Shown here one piece after another: positions 19,919 to 29,674 of a stretch of 64,000 nucleotides of DNA. Under the pieces are notes generated by a model. The model searched no databases. It was not told the DNA's origin and saw only the letters and a list, made by a program, of their open reading frames with translations. A program made the translations under genes and the position numbers. The stretch is from the NCBI GenBank assembly GCA_044450345.1, contig JBIOIY010000003.1:96001-160000 (forward strand), given 5' to 3'. This stretch comes from Thermodesulfovibrionales bacterium (GTDB lineage Bacteria > Nitrospirota > Thermodesulfovibrionia > Thermodesulfovibrionales > UBA6898). The number at the start of each line of letters is the position of its first letter. The stretch's first letter is position 1.

Positions 19919-20020
19919 TTTTGAAGGCCTTTTGAAGAGAGCAGGTCTTGGCCGTTTTCCTCAGCCTGAGAAAAGCAAAAAAGCCTTCTCTTACGACAGC
20001 GGTAGTCCGATGTATGGTCT

Positions 20021-20075
20021 CTTAACGTAATTATAACGTTCACTTCATCATCCTGTAATAAAGAGTAATTACCAT
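20021..20075 (+). promoter_or_regulatory. Pho-box-like promoter (dedA-DUF3047)
   Basis: CTTAAC-N5-TATAAC-N5-CTTCAT-N5-TGTAAT-N10-TACCAT. Confidence 0.75.
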
Positions 20076-20096
20076 ATAAGCAATGAGGCGGCATTC

Positions 20097-20732
20097 GTGA
20101 GCGAATTATTTGCACTGGTTGAGCGGTTTCCCGGTATTGCATTATTTATCCTCCCTATTCTCGGAAGTATTGGACTCCCAATTCCCGAGGACGCTATATT
20201 ATTTTTGTGCGGCATATTGATTTCAAAAAAAAGCGTTTTACCCCTTCCCGGGCTTATGTCGGTATATGCCGGCATTTTGCTCAGTGATTTTCTTATCTAT
20301 TCCTTCGGGCGGAAATATGGCCGCTGGATTGTTACGCATAAGATATTCCTGAAAATACTTCCCCCCGAGAAGCTTGTCCAGTTGGAACGTGGATTCATCC
20401 GTTCGGGTCCTCTTATCATCCTGTTTGCCCGGCAATTCTTTTGGCTGCGCGCAAAAGTTTTTCTCGCAGCGGGCATAATGAAAATGCCGGTTAAAAAATT
20501 CCTGTTTATGGACGGCATCGCAGCCTTGTTTACGATCGGTGTTATCGTAACGCTTGGATATACAGGGGGGACTTTTCTGTCATATTTCAACCGTATTTTA
20601 CCTCAAATCGGCCGGATAAGCGGGATAGTGGTTGTTGTCATTGCGAGTATGGCTTTTATCTACTGGCTCTTAATCTTGCGAAACAGAAAAATATCTAAAG
20701 AGTCCAGGCTCCAGCTGAGCTGGCATAGGTGA
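20097..20732 (+). CDS. DedA family membrane protein
   Basis: 'GLPIPEDAILFLCG', 'SDFLIYSFGRKYG' and 'ILFARQFFWLRAKVFLAAG'. Confidence 0.85.
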   Translation: MSELFALVERFPGIALFILPILGSIGLPIPEDAILFLCGILISKKSVLPLPGLMSVYAGILLSDFLIYSFGRKYGRWIVTHKIFLKILPPEKLVQLERGFIRSGPLIILFARQFFWLRAKVFLAAGIMKMPVKKFLFMDGIAALFTIGVIVTLGYTGGTFLSYFNRILPQIGRISGIVVVVIASMAFIYWLLILRNRKISKESRLQLSWHR

Positions 20733-21439
20733 AAACCGGGTGTGAAATACTGCGTAGACTTCTTCTGGCGACGATCATTGCTTCTTTGTTTTTCATTGAA
20801 GCAGACGGGGCCGCGGCGGGCCTGCCATCTCAACTTTTAATCGGCTTTGACGGACCAACACGGGATAATGGTATGCCTCAGCAGCCGTGGACCGTCAGAC
20901 TCAGGGAAGGAAAAGCCGGCGCGAGGGTGACATCGGACGGAGAGAGAAAAGTGCTCCATCTGAAATGCCTGAACTCGTCTTTTGCCGTTGAACGGAGCCT
21001 TGCTGTTGTCCCCAGCGAGTACCCTCTGGTAAGTTGGGAATGGAAGGCGGTGAAACTGCCGGCATCCGGTGATCTTAGGGAAAAAAGGCGGAATGACCAG
21101 GCAATGCAGATACTACTCGTCTTTGAAGGGAACAGAGTCATCAGTTACGTCTGGGACTCCAATGCCCCTGAGGGGACGATCAGAGATGAGTCTATCGGAT
21201 GGCCGCTTAACCTTCGGGTCAAGGTACTTGTAGTAAAGTCAGGGCATGAAGGCGTTGATACATGGCTTACGGCAATGCGGAATATTTACGAAGACTATAA
21301 GGCCTTGTTTCACGAAGAGCCTCTCCGACTTGTGGGACTGCGGGTCCAGATGAACACACAATACACGAAAGACAGTGCCGAGGGCTTCGTGGGGAAGATC
21401 GCATTTTCTCAGGATTACAGGGCTGCGGTGAGCCGGTAA
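20729..21439 (+). CDS. Exported DUF3047-like protein
   Basis: Signal peptide; 'YPLVSWEWK', 'ISYVWDS' and 'RNIYEDYKALF.EEP'. Confidence 0.7.
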   Translation: MKTGCEILRRLLLATIIASLFFIEADGAAAGLPSQLLIGFDGPTRDNGMPQQPWTVRLREGKAGARVTSDGERKVLHLKCLNSSFAVERSLAVVPSEYPLVSWEWKAVKLPASGDLREKRRNDQAMQILLVFEGNRVISYVWDSNAPEGTIRDESIGWPLNLRVKVLVVKSGHEGVDTWLTAMRNIYEDYKALFHEEPLRLVGLRVQMNTQYTKDSAEGFVGKIAFSQDYRAAVSR

Positions 21440-21496
21440 CCGGCTTATTCAAGATCTCTCGATTTCTGCATGCAAGCCTGCCGGGGAGCTCACGTT

Positions 21497-21551
21497 CTTC
21501 ATGATAATTTCATCAGGTTGTAATAATGACTTAACAAAAAGCGCGTATTAT
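21497..21551 (+). promoter_or_regulatory. Pho-box-like promoter (metallophosphoesterase)
   Basis: CTTCAT-N5-TTTCAT-N5-TGTAAT-N5-CTTAAC-N10-TATTAT. Confidence 0.75.
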
Positions 21552-21727
21552 TGGTATGCGAGAGTTTGTTCTTCTCAGCAGACGTTTAATCAACGAGAAA
21601 TATTCTGGGTCTTCCGGTAGAGGGGAGGAGGCGAGGGAACCGAAAATCAACTGCGGAAGGTAGAGGCGGCATGACAGGAGCAACTGGCAGGAAAACCAAT
21701 GTAAGCAGGCGAAGGAGGAATTTTGTA

Positions 21728-22885
21728 ATGTACCAAGAGAAGAAGGTATTTCGTTTCAAATCGGTAGTTACGTTTTCACTAAGCATGATAATGATCGCAG
21801 TGATGATGGTGAGTCTCGGCGGCTGTGGCAGTTCGTCCGATCCTCAGCCAGTGTTTAAGTTTGCCGTCTTCGACGACAGCCGGGCAGCCTCCGGCGCGAC
21901 GGGGACAAAAAACGGCGACAATAACGGTGCCGCGGCGCTCGTGGTGAACACCATTGCAAAGGACATTGCTACCCAGGGCGTAGATTTCGTTTTGTTTCCC
22001 GGCGACATGGTCAGCGGATATACCGACTCGACCACGTTAAGCTCTGAGTTGGACACCTGGAAAACAGCCATGGCGCCTGTCTACAGTGCCAACATCCCCG
22101 TCTATACCACTCGCGGAAACCACGAGTACGACGATCTGACCAATGGCACCGGCAACCCGGCTGATCCCAGCAGGGCGCCGTATCTGGCCCATTTCTCGAT
22201 GCCTACAAACGGACCGACGACCGGAGCTAACGGACTGAGTGAAGCGGGACTGACCTACTCCTTCACCTGGAAGAATGCGAAGATCATCGGGTTCGACCAA
22301 TATGCCGGTCGCAGCGCAACAACCTTCAACAACACCCTCTATGCGCCGGGTTCCAATAAAGGGCAGATGATGAACCCCTGGGTCCTCAACGAGGTCAATA
22401 ACTCCACCGCCGGCCTGACCTTTGTCATGGCCCACGAGGGTTTGTGGCCCACCAAGTCCCATCCCGACACCCTGGCCAACGACCCCGACAGCCGTGACGC
22501 CCTGGTGACCGCTTTGGCCGCAAAGAACGGCACGTATCTGGCCGGACATGACCACATGTTCCTCCGCGCCGTCACGAACAACGGCAGCGGCGGCAAGGTC
22601 CCGACGTTGGTCGTGGGCAGCGGCGGCGGAGGCAACTACGACTATGCCGAAGTGCCCTCCACTGTTTATAACGGCTACACCGGCAAGACTAATTACACTG
22701 TACAGAAGCACTTTGACAACAGCGCTAACCCATATTTCGGGTACGTGGTGATCACCGTCTATTCCGACAACACATGGAAAGGAGAATTCCACGGTTTCCA
22801 GTTCAACAAATGGAATGACGCAACAGACCACTCACTAACGCCGATCACGGTAATGGACTCATTCACTAGCGCTGACTTTAAATAA
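21728..22885 (+). CDS. Calcineurin-like metallophosphoesterase lipoprotein
   Basis: AAGGAGG SD before ATG 21728; lipobox LGGC; motifs FDDSR, PGDMV, RGNHE, MAHE and AGHDH. Confidence 0.85.
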   Translation: MYQEKKVFRFKSVVTFSLSMIMIAVMMVSLGGCGSSSDPQPVFKFAVFDDSRAASGATGTKNGDNNGAAALVVNTIAKDIATQGVDFVLFPGDMVSGYTDSTTLSSELDTWKTAMAPVYSANIPVYTTRGNHEYDDLTNGTGNPADPSRAPYLAHFSMPTNGPTTGANGLSEAGLTYSFTWKNAKIIGFDQYAGRSATTFNNTLYAPGSNKGQMMNPWVLNEVNNSTAGLTFVMAHEGLWPTKSHPDTLANDPDSRDALVTALAAKNGTYLAGHDHMFLRAVTNNGSGGKVPTLVVGSGGGGNYDYAEVPSTVYNGYTGKTNYTVQKHFDNSANPYFGYVVITVYSDNTWKGEFHGFQFNKWNDATDHSLTPITVMDSFTSADFK

Positions 22886-22924
22886 ACAGACACGATGGCC
22901 CTGAAGGGTTCGGCTTGCAACGAG

Positions 22925-22958
22925 AAAGCCGCCGGGAAGATCCCCGGCGGCTTTTATT
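22925..22958. terminator. Intrinsic terminator between convergent genes
   Basis: aaagccgccggg-aagatc-cccggcggctttt. Confidence 0.8.
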
Positions 22959-23033
22959 GTCTGGATACGACGGAAGATACGTGAGGCCGGAGGCGCAGAG
23001 GTCCAGACCGGAGACCTCTGCCGGGGCATGATT

Positions 23034-24392
23034 CTATAACAATTTTGCGCCCTGCTGGGCCAACCGGGACCTTACGCTCTCGCTCAGATTCAGGAAACAG
23101 AAGTTCTCCTCCTGTATGAACTTACTGATCAGATATGCGAGTCCGTTGCTCATGGCATCCAGATAAGGTGTATCTATCTGATCGAGGTCGCCGGTGAAGA
23201 CGATTTTAGTCCCCTCGCCGCATCTCGTGATGATCGTTTTGACATCCAACGGCCGGAGGTTCTGGGCCTCATCAATGATGAAGTATCTCCTCGGCAGGCT
23301 TCTTCCCCGGATATAGGTAAGGGCCTCGATCTGGAGCACGCCTGAATCGATCAAATATTGAAAACTCTTATATCCATAGAGGGCGGTATTGTCCTTTACC
23401 TGGTCTTTCGGCGTGCGTACTATGACCTCGAGACTATCGAAGATCGGCTGCATCCAGGGCGCAAGTTTCTCGCCCACATCTCCGGGAAGGTAGCCGATAT
23501 CATTTCCCATAGGAACAATCGGTCTTGCCACGACTACCTGCTCGTAGAGGGGCGATTTTTTCGTTGTCTGATGTATTGCGGCGGCCAGAGCGAGGAGGGT
23601 TTTGCCTGTTCCCGCGGTTCCGGTCAACGCCACAACCTCGATATCGGGGTTGATCAGGGCATCGATTGCGCATCGCTGCTCGATGTTCTTCGGAGATATG
23701 CCATCGAGCGATTTGCCATTTCTGATCTTTGATGCGCCGTCCCTTCCAATCAGCCGATATATATCATCGGCTTCTTTCAGATACCTGACGGAATGAATGC
23801 CGTTACGGTAATCACCATCGTTCAGAACTTTCCCGTACTGTTTGAATATCGATGTCTTGTCGTTTTTGTAATCCTCCGCATTAAGACCGAAAGACTCGGC
23901 CTTTATTCTTACCGCAGTGTCCTTTGACACCAGTATCACGCGAGGCGCCACCCCGTTTTTGTCCAGGGATTCAGATCTGGCGATTGAAAGGGCGGTGCTG
24001 ATGATCTGGTTGTCCTCAACGCTGCAGTCAAGGGTAGAAGGCGCCGCCTCATTCTGCCCGGTGCTGACTAAAAGGACACCGCCCTGCTTCAGGGTTATCC
24101 CGGACGAGAGAGAACCTCTTTCCCTCAGGGAGTCTATTATCCTCAAGACCTTCCTCGCAGAAGCTGCAATTTCTCCCGGGCCTTTTTTTAGCCTGTCAAG
24201 CTCTTCGATTACGACAAAGGGGATTACAATATCGTTCTCATCGAACCTGAAGATCGAACTTGGATCGTGAATCAGGACATTGGTATCGAGCACGAAGATT
24301 TTTTTTGTCTCTTCCGGTTCCCTTTCACCGCAATAGTGATGCAAGGGACTTTTCAATTCGGACACCTTGTTCATAGGACCCTCCGTAGACAT
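23034..24392 (-). CDS. phoH: PIN-PhoH (PhoH2/YlaK-type) protein
   Basis: PIN motif 'FVLDTNVLIHDP'; Walker A GTAGTGKT; 'IGYLPG', 'YIRGRSL', 'IIDEAQNL' and 'GDLDQID'. Confidence 0.9.
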   Translation of the reverse strand: MSTEGPMNKVSELKSPLHHYCGEREPEETKKIFVLDTNVLIHDPSSIFRFDENDIVIPFVVIEELDRLKKGPGEIAASARKVLRIIDSLRERGSLSSGITLKQGGVLLVSTGQNEAAPSTLDCSVEDNQIISTALSIARSESLDKNGVAPRVILVSKDTAVRIKAESFGLNAEDYKNDKTSIFKQYGKVLNDGDYRNGIHSVRYLKEADDIYRLIGRDGASKIRNGKSLDGISPKNIEQRCAIDALINPDIEVVALTGTAGTGKTLLALAAAIHQTTKKSPLYEQVVVARPIVPMGNDIGYLPGDVGEKLAPWMQPIFDSLEVIVRTPKDQVKDNTALYGYKSFQYLIDSGVLQIEALTYIRGRSLPRRYFIIDEAQNLRPLDVKTIITRCGEGTKIVFTGDLDQIDTPYLDAMSNGLAYLISKFIQEENFCFLNLSESVRSRLAQQGAKLL

Positions 24393-24538
24393 ATTTTATT
24401 TAAAGCGGGAAAGTGCCGGAAAATAAATCGACAGGGGAATAAAGCATACTGCAGGCCGCAGGGAAATGCGTCATGGCCGAAAATTCTTGCAGCGGCGCTA
24501 TGTAACTGAGTCAAGATAGCTGCCATTCAATTAGTTAC

Positions 24539-24571
24539 ATTATGGCATACAATTGTTACAGTAACGTTACG
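24539..24571 (-). promoter_or_regulatory. Pho-box-like promoter (phoH), two in-phase repeats
   Basis: Minus strand CGTAAC-N5-TGTAAC-N10-CATAAT. Confidence 0.6.
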
Positions 24572-24681
24572 TTTCTGATAAATTACATCTTCGAAAAATA
24601 AAATCCTTGATAAATCTTATTAATTTCCGCTGCGGTATTGAAGGACCTCGACGGATCAAGCAGGTAAACACGGCCTCGCGA

Positions 24682-24736
24682 TTTCATGGATGTGTAACGG
24701 CATCGTCATCGAATGGTAAAGTTGCCGGTGTATAGT
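24682..24736 (+). promoter_or_regulatory. Pho-box-like promoter (mgsA)
   Basis: TTTCAT-N5-TGTAAC-N5-CGTCAT-N5-GGTAAA-N10-TATAGT. Confidence 0.72.
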
Positions 24737-24768
24737 ACATGGTAACTACCAGGAAAGGGGAGTGACAT

Positions 24769-25254
24769 ATGGATAAGAAGACAAAGGAGATTTTCATGAG
24801 AGAGCGGAAGAAGATAGCCCTCGTTGCTCATGACAACAAGAAAAAAGACCTGCTCGAGTGGGTGCTTTATAACAAGGACGTGCTGTTGGCGCATGATTTG
24901 TACGCGACAGGAAGTACCGGAAGCATGCTCTCGGGAGCTTTGGATACCCCCGTATACTGCTTCAAAAGCGGGCCCCTCGGTGGAGACCAGCAGATAGGGG
25001 CGAAGATTGCTGAAGGAGAGATTAATCTCGTTATTTTTTTCTGGGACCCCCTGGAGCCCCATCCCCACGATGTCGACGTAAAGGCCCTTCTCAGAATAGC
25101 CGTTGTGTACAATATTCCTATCGCTTGCAACAGGGCATCGGCCGACTTTATCATTTCCTCACACCTCCTGAACGAACAATACCCGAGGATCGTGGTTGAT
25201 TACGAAAGTGTCCAGATTGCCAGGAACAATGAATTGAATGATCCGTCCCGATAA
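24769..25254 (+). CDS. mgsA: Methylglyoxal synthase
   Basis: IALVAHDNKK, ATGSTG, SGPLGGDQQIG, FFWDPLEPHPHDVDVKALLR and CNRASAD. Confidence 0.96.
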   Translation: MDKKTKEIFMRERKKIALVAHDNKKKDLLEWVLYNKDVLLAHDLYATGSTGSMLSGALDTPVYCFKSGPLGGDQQIGAKIAEGEINLVIFFWDPLEPHPHDVDVKALLRIAVVYNIPIACNRASADFIISSHLLNEQYPRIVVDYESVQIARNNELNDPSR

Positions 25255-25333
25255 TGTGAAGTGAGTCGGCCGGACAGCGGTGAGGGCGGGAATCGGTAGC
25301 TCGGCGTAGGCCCGTCAAAGTCCGCAAGACATT

Positions 25334-25388
25334 TGTAATAGAAATGTAATGTTTCCTTCACACTGCGGTAATATTTGTCCTTTACACT
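25334..25388 (+). promoter_or_regulatory. Pho-box-like promoter (second phoB)
   Basis: TGTAAT-N5-TGTAAT-N5-CTTCAC-N5-GGTAAT-N10-TACACT. Confidence 0.78.
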
Positions 25389-25428
25389 AATCATACCCTA
25401 TGACACCTGATCTTAACATATAGGCATT

Positions 25429-26124
25429 ATGCCTGATATTCACAAAATTCTTGTTGTTGACGACGAACCTGATATTGTCGATTTGGTGTCCTACAATCTC
25501 AAAAAAGAGGGTTTTACCGTATCCACGGCATCTGACGCGGAAGAGACATTGGAAAAAATCAGGACGGGGGACTTTTCCCTTATTCTCCTCGATCTGATGC
25601 TCCCCGGCATGCAGGGCATGGAACTCTGCCGGATCCTCAAGAAGGACGCCAAAACAGAAAATCTCCCCATTATCATGCTTACGGCAAAGGTCGAAGAAGT
25701 CGACAGGGTCCTCGGCCTTGAGTCCGGCGCTGACGACTATATCACAAAGCCCTTCAGCCCAAGGGAACTGGTTGCGCGTGTCAAGGCAGTCCTGAGGAGG
25801 TCGGCCTCGAAGGCCGCAGATGAGGATATTATTCGGATCGGAGAACTCATCATCAACAAGGGAACCTATACGGTGACAAAGGGTGATTCACTCTTAGATC
25901 TCAGCGCCACCGAGTTTAAACTGCTTCTCTATCTTATAGAAAAAAAAGGGAAGATATGCGACCGGGAGCATCTGTTGAAGGCCGTATGGAAATACGATGC
26001 CTACGTTGAACCGAGGACAATCGATGTTCACATAAGAAGGCTTAGGACACAACTTGAAGACGACCCTGCAAATCCCAGGCATATCAAAACGAAGAGGGGG
26101 ATCGGTTATTATTTTGAGGCATGA
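25429..26124 (+). CDS. Orphan PhoB/PhoP paralog (copy 2)
   Basis: Close paralog of 15337..16038 (LDLMLPG.QGMELCRIL, LDLSATEF, EPRT.DVHIRRLR, KTKRGIGYY); no adjacent kinase. Confidence 0.88.
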   Translation: MPDIHKILVVDDEPDIVDLVSYNLKKEGFTVSTASDAEETLEKIRTGDFSLILLDLMLPGMQGMELCRILKKDAKTENLPIIMLTAKVEEVDRVLGLESGADDYITKPFSPRELVARVKAVLRRSASKAADEDIIRIGELIINKGTYTVTKGDSLLDLSATEFKLLLYLIEKKGKICDREHLLKAVWKYDAYVEPRTIDVHIRRLRTQLEDDPANPRHIKTKRGIGYYFEA

Positions 26125-27380
26125 CAAACCCTAACAAGAGAACTTCTTCCGACACTGGATTCCTCTGGGGTGTAGCAACATCCGCCTTTCAACTCGAAGG
26201 CTCGCCCTATGCGGACTGGACGACGTGGGATGAAATACTAAGTGAAAAGCCCGACATCACCAATCATTACATCCTCTATAAGGAGGACCTGGCCTTATTA
26301 AAAGACCTCGGCGTAAACGCCTACCGTTTTTCTCTCGAATGGAGCAGGATACAGCCGCGCGAAAGAGTCTGGGACGAGAAGGCGATAAGACATTATCAGG
26401 AAATTGTCGAGATACTCGTGGACAACCACATTGAACCGATGCTTACCCTGAATCACTTCACTCATCCCTTCTGGTTCATGAAAAAATATCCATGGCATGA
26501 AGATGCATCGGTCGAAAAATTCCTCATCTTTGTGGAAAAGATGGTCCGGACATTTGAAGGGGTGAGGTATTGGATCACATTCAATGAACCGTATGTGCTT
26601 GTCCTCGCCGGCTATTTTGAGGGCTGTACGCCCCCCGCTATCAAAGATGCATCGCTGGGGGTGAAAGCCTTGACGAACATCCTTAAGGCCCATGGGCGGG
26701 CCTATGATGTAATCCATTCACATATTCCGGATGCGATGGTGAGCATAGCGCACAATATGGCATCATTTGCCCCATGGAGCAAATGGAACCCCCTTGACAG
26801 ACTCCTCGTAAAGATCGCGAAACACTTTTACAACCATTCCCTTCTGGATGCTTTTCTGAGCGGCTCCCTAAGTATCAAATTCCCATTCAGGAAGGCGATC
26901 GAAATCGCAGTCCCTATCAAGGGTAAGCTGGACTTTTTCGGCGTCAACTACTACACAAGGATGCATCTTCGCTTCAATCCATTAAAAAAAATGGGGATTG
27001 AGATGAGACACAGGGACATCGACGGGCACGGACTTACCGACATGGGATGGGAAATCCACCCTCGAGGGCTCGAAAAGGTCCTGCGCAACGCGTCGAAACT
27101 AAACGTTCCCCTGATAATTACGGAAAACGGCATTGCCACCCGCGACAGTCAGAAGAAGATACGGTTTATGCAGCGGCACATTGATGTTCTGGAGAAGTGC
27201 AGACGGGAAGGGAGGGACATCAGAGGATATTTTTACTGGACCCTGATCGACAACTACGAATGGCTCCAAGGGCTTGATTCGCGGTTTGGGCTGTATACCG
27301 TTGACTTTCAGACCCTGGAACGCAGACCGACGAACGCAGCTGCATACTATTCATATCTTATTAAGAGCAGAAAGCTCTGA
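26121..27380 (+). CDS. Glycoside hydrolase family 1
   Basis: FLWGVATSAFQLEG, YRFSLEWSRI, TFNEP (acid/base), ITENG (nucleophile) and DNYEW. Confidence 0.92.
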   Translation: MTNPNKRTSSDTGFLWGVATSAFQLEGSPYADWTTWDEILSEKPDITNHYILYKEDLALLKDLGVNAYRFSLEWSRIQPRERVWDEKAIRHYQEIVEILVDNHIEPMLTLNHFTHPFWFMKKYPWHEDASVEKFLIFVEKMVRTFEGVRYWITFNEPYVLVLAGYFEGCTPPAIKDASLGVKALTNILKAHGRAYDVIHSHIPDAMVSIAHNMASFAPWSKWNPLDRLLVKIAKHFYNHSLLDAFLSGSLSIKFPFRKAIEIAVPIKGKLDFFGVNYYTRMHLRFNPLKKMGIEMRHRDIDGHGLTDMGWEIHPRGLEKVLRNASKLNVPLIITENGIATRDSQKKIRFMQRHIDVLEKCRREGRDIRGYFYWTLIDNYEWLQGLDSRFGLYTVDFQTLERRPTNAAAYYSYLIKSRKL

Positions 27381-27409
27381 TCTGCTGCTTTTTCTTCCTC
27401 ACCCGTAAT

Positions 27410-27464
27410 CTTAACAAGAATGTAATCCTTCCTTAATGATGCCGTAACGATCATATCGTAAGCT
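27410..27464 (+). promoter_or_regulatory. Pho-box-like promoter (PHP-glycosyltransferase operon)
   Basis: CTTAAC-N5-TGTAAT-N5-CTTAAT-N5-CGTAAC-N10-TAAGCT. Confidence 0.8.
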
Positions 27465-27502
27465 AACAACAGTATGGTAAACAAATTGAGAATTAGGCCG
27501 TA

Positions 27503-28195
27503 ATGCTGCTGTGTGATTTCCATATCCACACTACCTATTCAGACGGCTCGGTGGAGCTGAGAAGGACAATCGATTTATTCGGACAGGCAGGCTTCGATGT
27601 CATTGCAATAACAGACCATGTGGTGAATGGTGATAATCCACTGGGCAAACTTGCACATCGTTTTAAGTATTCTGTAACAGCCGCTAACTTTGGCAAATAT
27701 ATCTCCCACATAAAAGAAGAAGCGGAAAGGGCCCAGGACAAATATGACATGCTCGTCATCCCCGGAATTGAAATAACCAAAAACCATCTCAGCCCGGACA
27801 ACTCAGCCCACATGCTGATCATCGATATCCAGGACTTTATCCCCGCCTGCATGGGGTATGAAGAGATATTCCTGGCGGCGAAGAAACAGAAAGCCCTGAC
27901 GATAGCTTGCCACCCGCATTATATGTCGGCGAAGAGCGACCGGGACACGCTTTTTCTCTGGAACAACAGGGAAAAATATGCACGCTACATCGATGCCTGG
28001 GAGATCGCTAACAGAGATGACGTCTTCAATGTTATTAGCCTGAAAAAGTATCCTTATATCGCAAACAGCGACTTCCATAAGCCCAGACATCTTTACTCCT
28101 GGAAGACGCTTCTGAATTGCGCGAAGGGCATAGACTCCATAAAGCAGTGCATCAGACATAACAAGGGTGTTGCATTGACGCTCTTCAGAAATTAG
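27503..28195 (+). CDS. PHP-domain phosphoesterase
   Basis: DFHIHTTYSDG, AITDH, PGIEIT, CHPH and ANSDFH. Confidence 0.88.
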   Translation: MLLCDFHIHTTYSDGSVELRRTIDLFGQAGFDVIAITDHVVNGDNPLGKLAHRFKYSVTAANFGKYISHIKEEAERAQDKYDMLVIPGIEITKNHLSPDNSAHMLIIDIQDFIPACMGYEEIFLAAKKQKALTIACHPHYMSAKSDRDTLFLWNNREKYARYIDAWEIANRDDVFNVISLKKYPYIANSDFHKPRHLYSWKTLLNCAKGIDSIKQCIRHNKGVALTLFRN

Positions 28196-28198
28196 GAG

Positions 28199-29413
28199 GT
28201 GAACATGATTTTATTCTGGATCTTTGCAGGCATTACCTGCTTTGGGATGATCGGATATCTGCTTCAAATTGTCGCGGTCCGGTCATATACGGCTCCCCCC
28301 AACTCAGGGGAAAGCATGCGCTTTCCCCGATCTTTTTCTCCTGTCTCAATCCTTAAACCGCTCAAAGGTCTTGATGACGGCCTGTTCGACAACCTCGAAA
28401 GCTTCTGCAATCTTGATTATCCTCACTATGAGATCATCTTTGCACTGCAGAACCAGAATGACCCGGCCCATAAAGTGGTAAGGAAGATAAAGGAGAAATA
28501 CCCTTTAAAAGACATAACCATTGTCGTCGAACATTGCGATGAGGGGCTGAACCCCAAAGTAAACAATCTTATCCCGGCGTACAAAAGGGCCAAATATGAC
28601 CTTATATTGATCAGCGACAGTAATGTCCGCGTGGGAAAAGACTATCTGGCGGATATTTCTCAGCACATGGATGACCCGTCTGTGGGGCTTGTCAGCAATA
28701 TGATCAGGGGCGTAAGCGGTCGGTCCCTTGGCGCCGTTATGGAAAATCTCCACCTGAACTCCTTTATAGTGGGAAGCGTCTGCTTCCTCGACAAATATCT
28801 CAAGATGCCTTGTGTCGTGGGCAAGTCAATGCTGATGAGGAAGACCGACCTCGAAGCTATAGGGGGTTTCTCGTCCGTAAAGGACTTTCTTGCGGAGGAC
28901 TACATCATCGGCGAAAGAATTCACGCGCTCGGCAAAAGGGTCGTCCTTTCCTGTCATCTTATCAATAATGTCAATGAATACTGGGGCGTAAAGAGGTTTT
29001 TAAACCGTCATACAAGATGGGGAAAGCTGAGATGGCACATCGGAGGCGCAAAGTATTTCTCTGAATTGGCCGGCAATGCCGTGTTCATGTCCTTTATGCC
29101 GGTGGTCATAATGCCGATGTCCAAAGTGTCTTTATTGTTGGCTGCGGCCGTCAGTTCCCTGAAAATAGTTCATGATTTCTACATCGGCAAAAAACTTCGT
29201 GCTGATATGAATCCCCTTCTCTATTTGTTGTCCCCTGTCAAGGACCTTATTATCGGATTCGTATGGTTTGTGCCGATCCTGAGCAACACCGTGGCCTGGA
29301 GAGGCAACAGATATATCATCGGCAAGGACTCGGTGCTCTCACGCTATCCCGATGACAGTTTCTGGTCGTGGCGGTACAGGATCATGGACGTAATAAAAAC
29401 AAGGATTGCATAG
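28199..29413 (+). CDS. Ceramide-glucosyltransferase-like (GT21/HpnI-like) lipid glycosyltransferase
   Basis: N-terminal TM; 'VSILKPLKG', 'NPKVNNL', 'ISDSNV', 'LAEDY' and 'RHTRWGKLR'. Confidence 0.85.
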   Translation: MNMILFWIFAGITCFGMIGYLLQIVAVRSYTAPPNSGESMRFPRSFSPVSILKPLKGLDDGLFDNLESFCNLDYPHYEIIFALQNQNDPAHKVVRKIKEKYPLKDITIVVEHCDEGLNPKVNNLIPAYKRAKYDLILISDSNVRVGKDYLADISQHMDDPSVGLVSNMIRGVSGRSLGAVMENLHLNSFIVGSVCFLDKYLKMPCVVGKSMLMRKTDLEAIGGFSSVKDFLAEDYIIGERIHALGKRVVLSCHLINNVNEYWGVKRFLNRHTRWGKLRWHIGGAKYFSELAGNAVFMSFMPVVIMPMSKVSLLLAAAVSSLKIVHDFYIGKKLRADMNPLLYLLSPVKDLIIGFVWFVPILSNTVAWRGNRYIIGKDSVLSRYPDDSFWSWRYRIMDVIKTRIA

Positions 29414-29437
29414 CGCATGCATGATAAGGAGGTGCCA

Positions 29438-29647
29438 GTGCATTGCTCGCTCAATCAAATCCCGACTGACAATCGGTTGCACGCGGACCATTCCTGCTGC
29501 CCTTACAATGGTGCAGCCACCGGCATATGTTCCGCATCCCTTTCTACAATGATGATTGTTCCAAGCATGAGGGAAGGATATTGCGAAAATGAGAATTACG
29601 ATAATTGCCCTATTTTCTTATCCAAAATCCTGAGAAAAAAGACATAA
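29438..29647 (+). CDS. Small Cys-rich protein (C-P-x8-C-x17-C-x7-CPIF)
   Basis: AAGGAGG SD before GTG 29438 (alternative ATG 29417); shared Cys spacing. Confidence 0.72.
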   Translation: MHCSLNQIPTDNRLHADHSCCPYNGAATGICSASLSTMMIVPSMREGYCENENYDNCPIFLSKILRKKT

Positions 29648-29674
29648 TCCGTGTCTTCTTATATGGAGGTGTGC

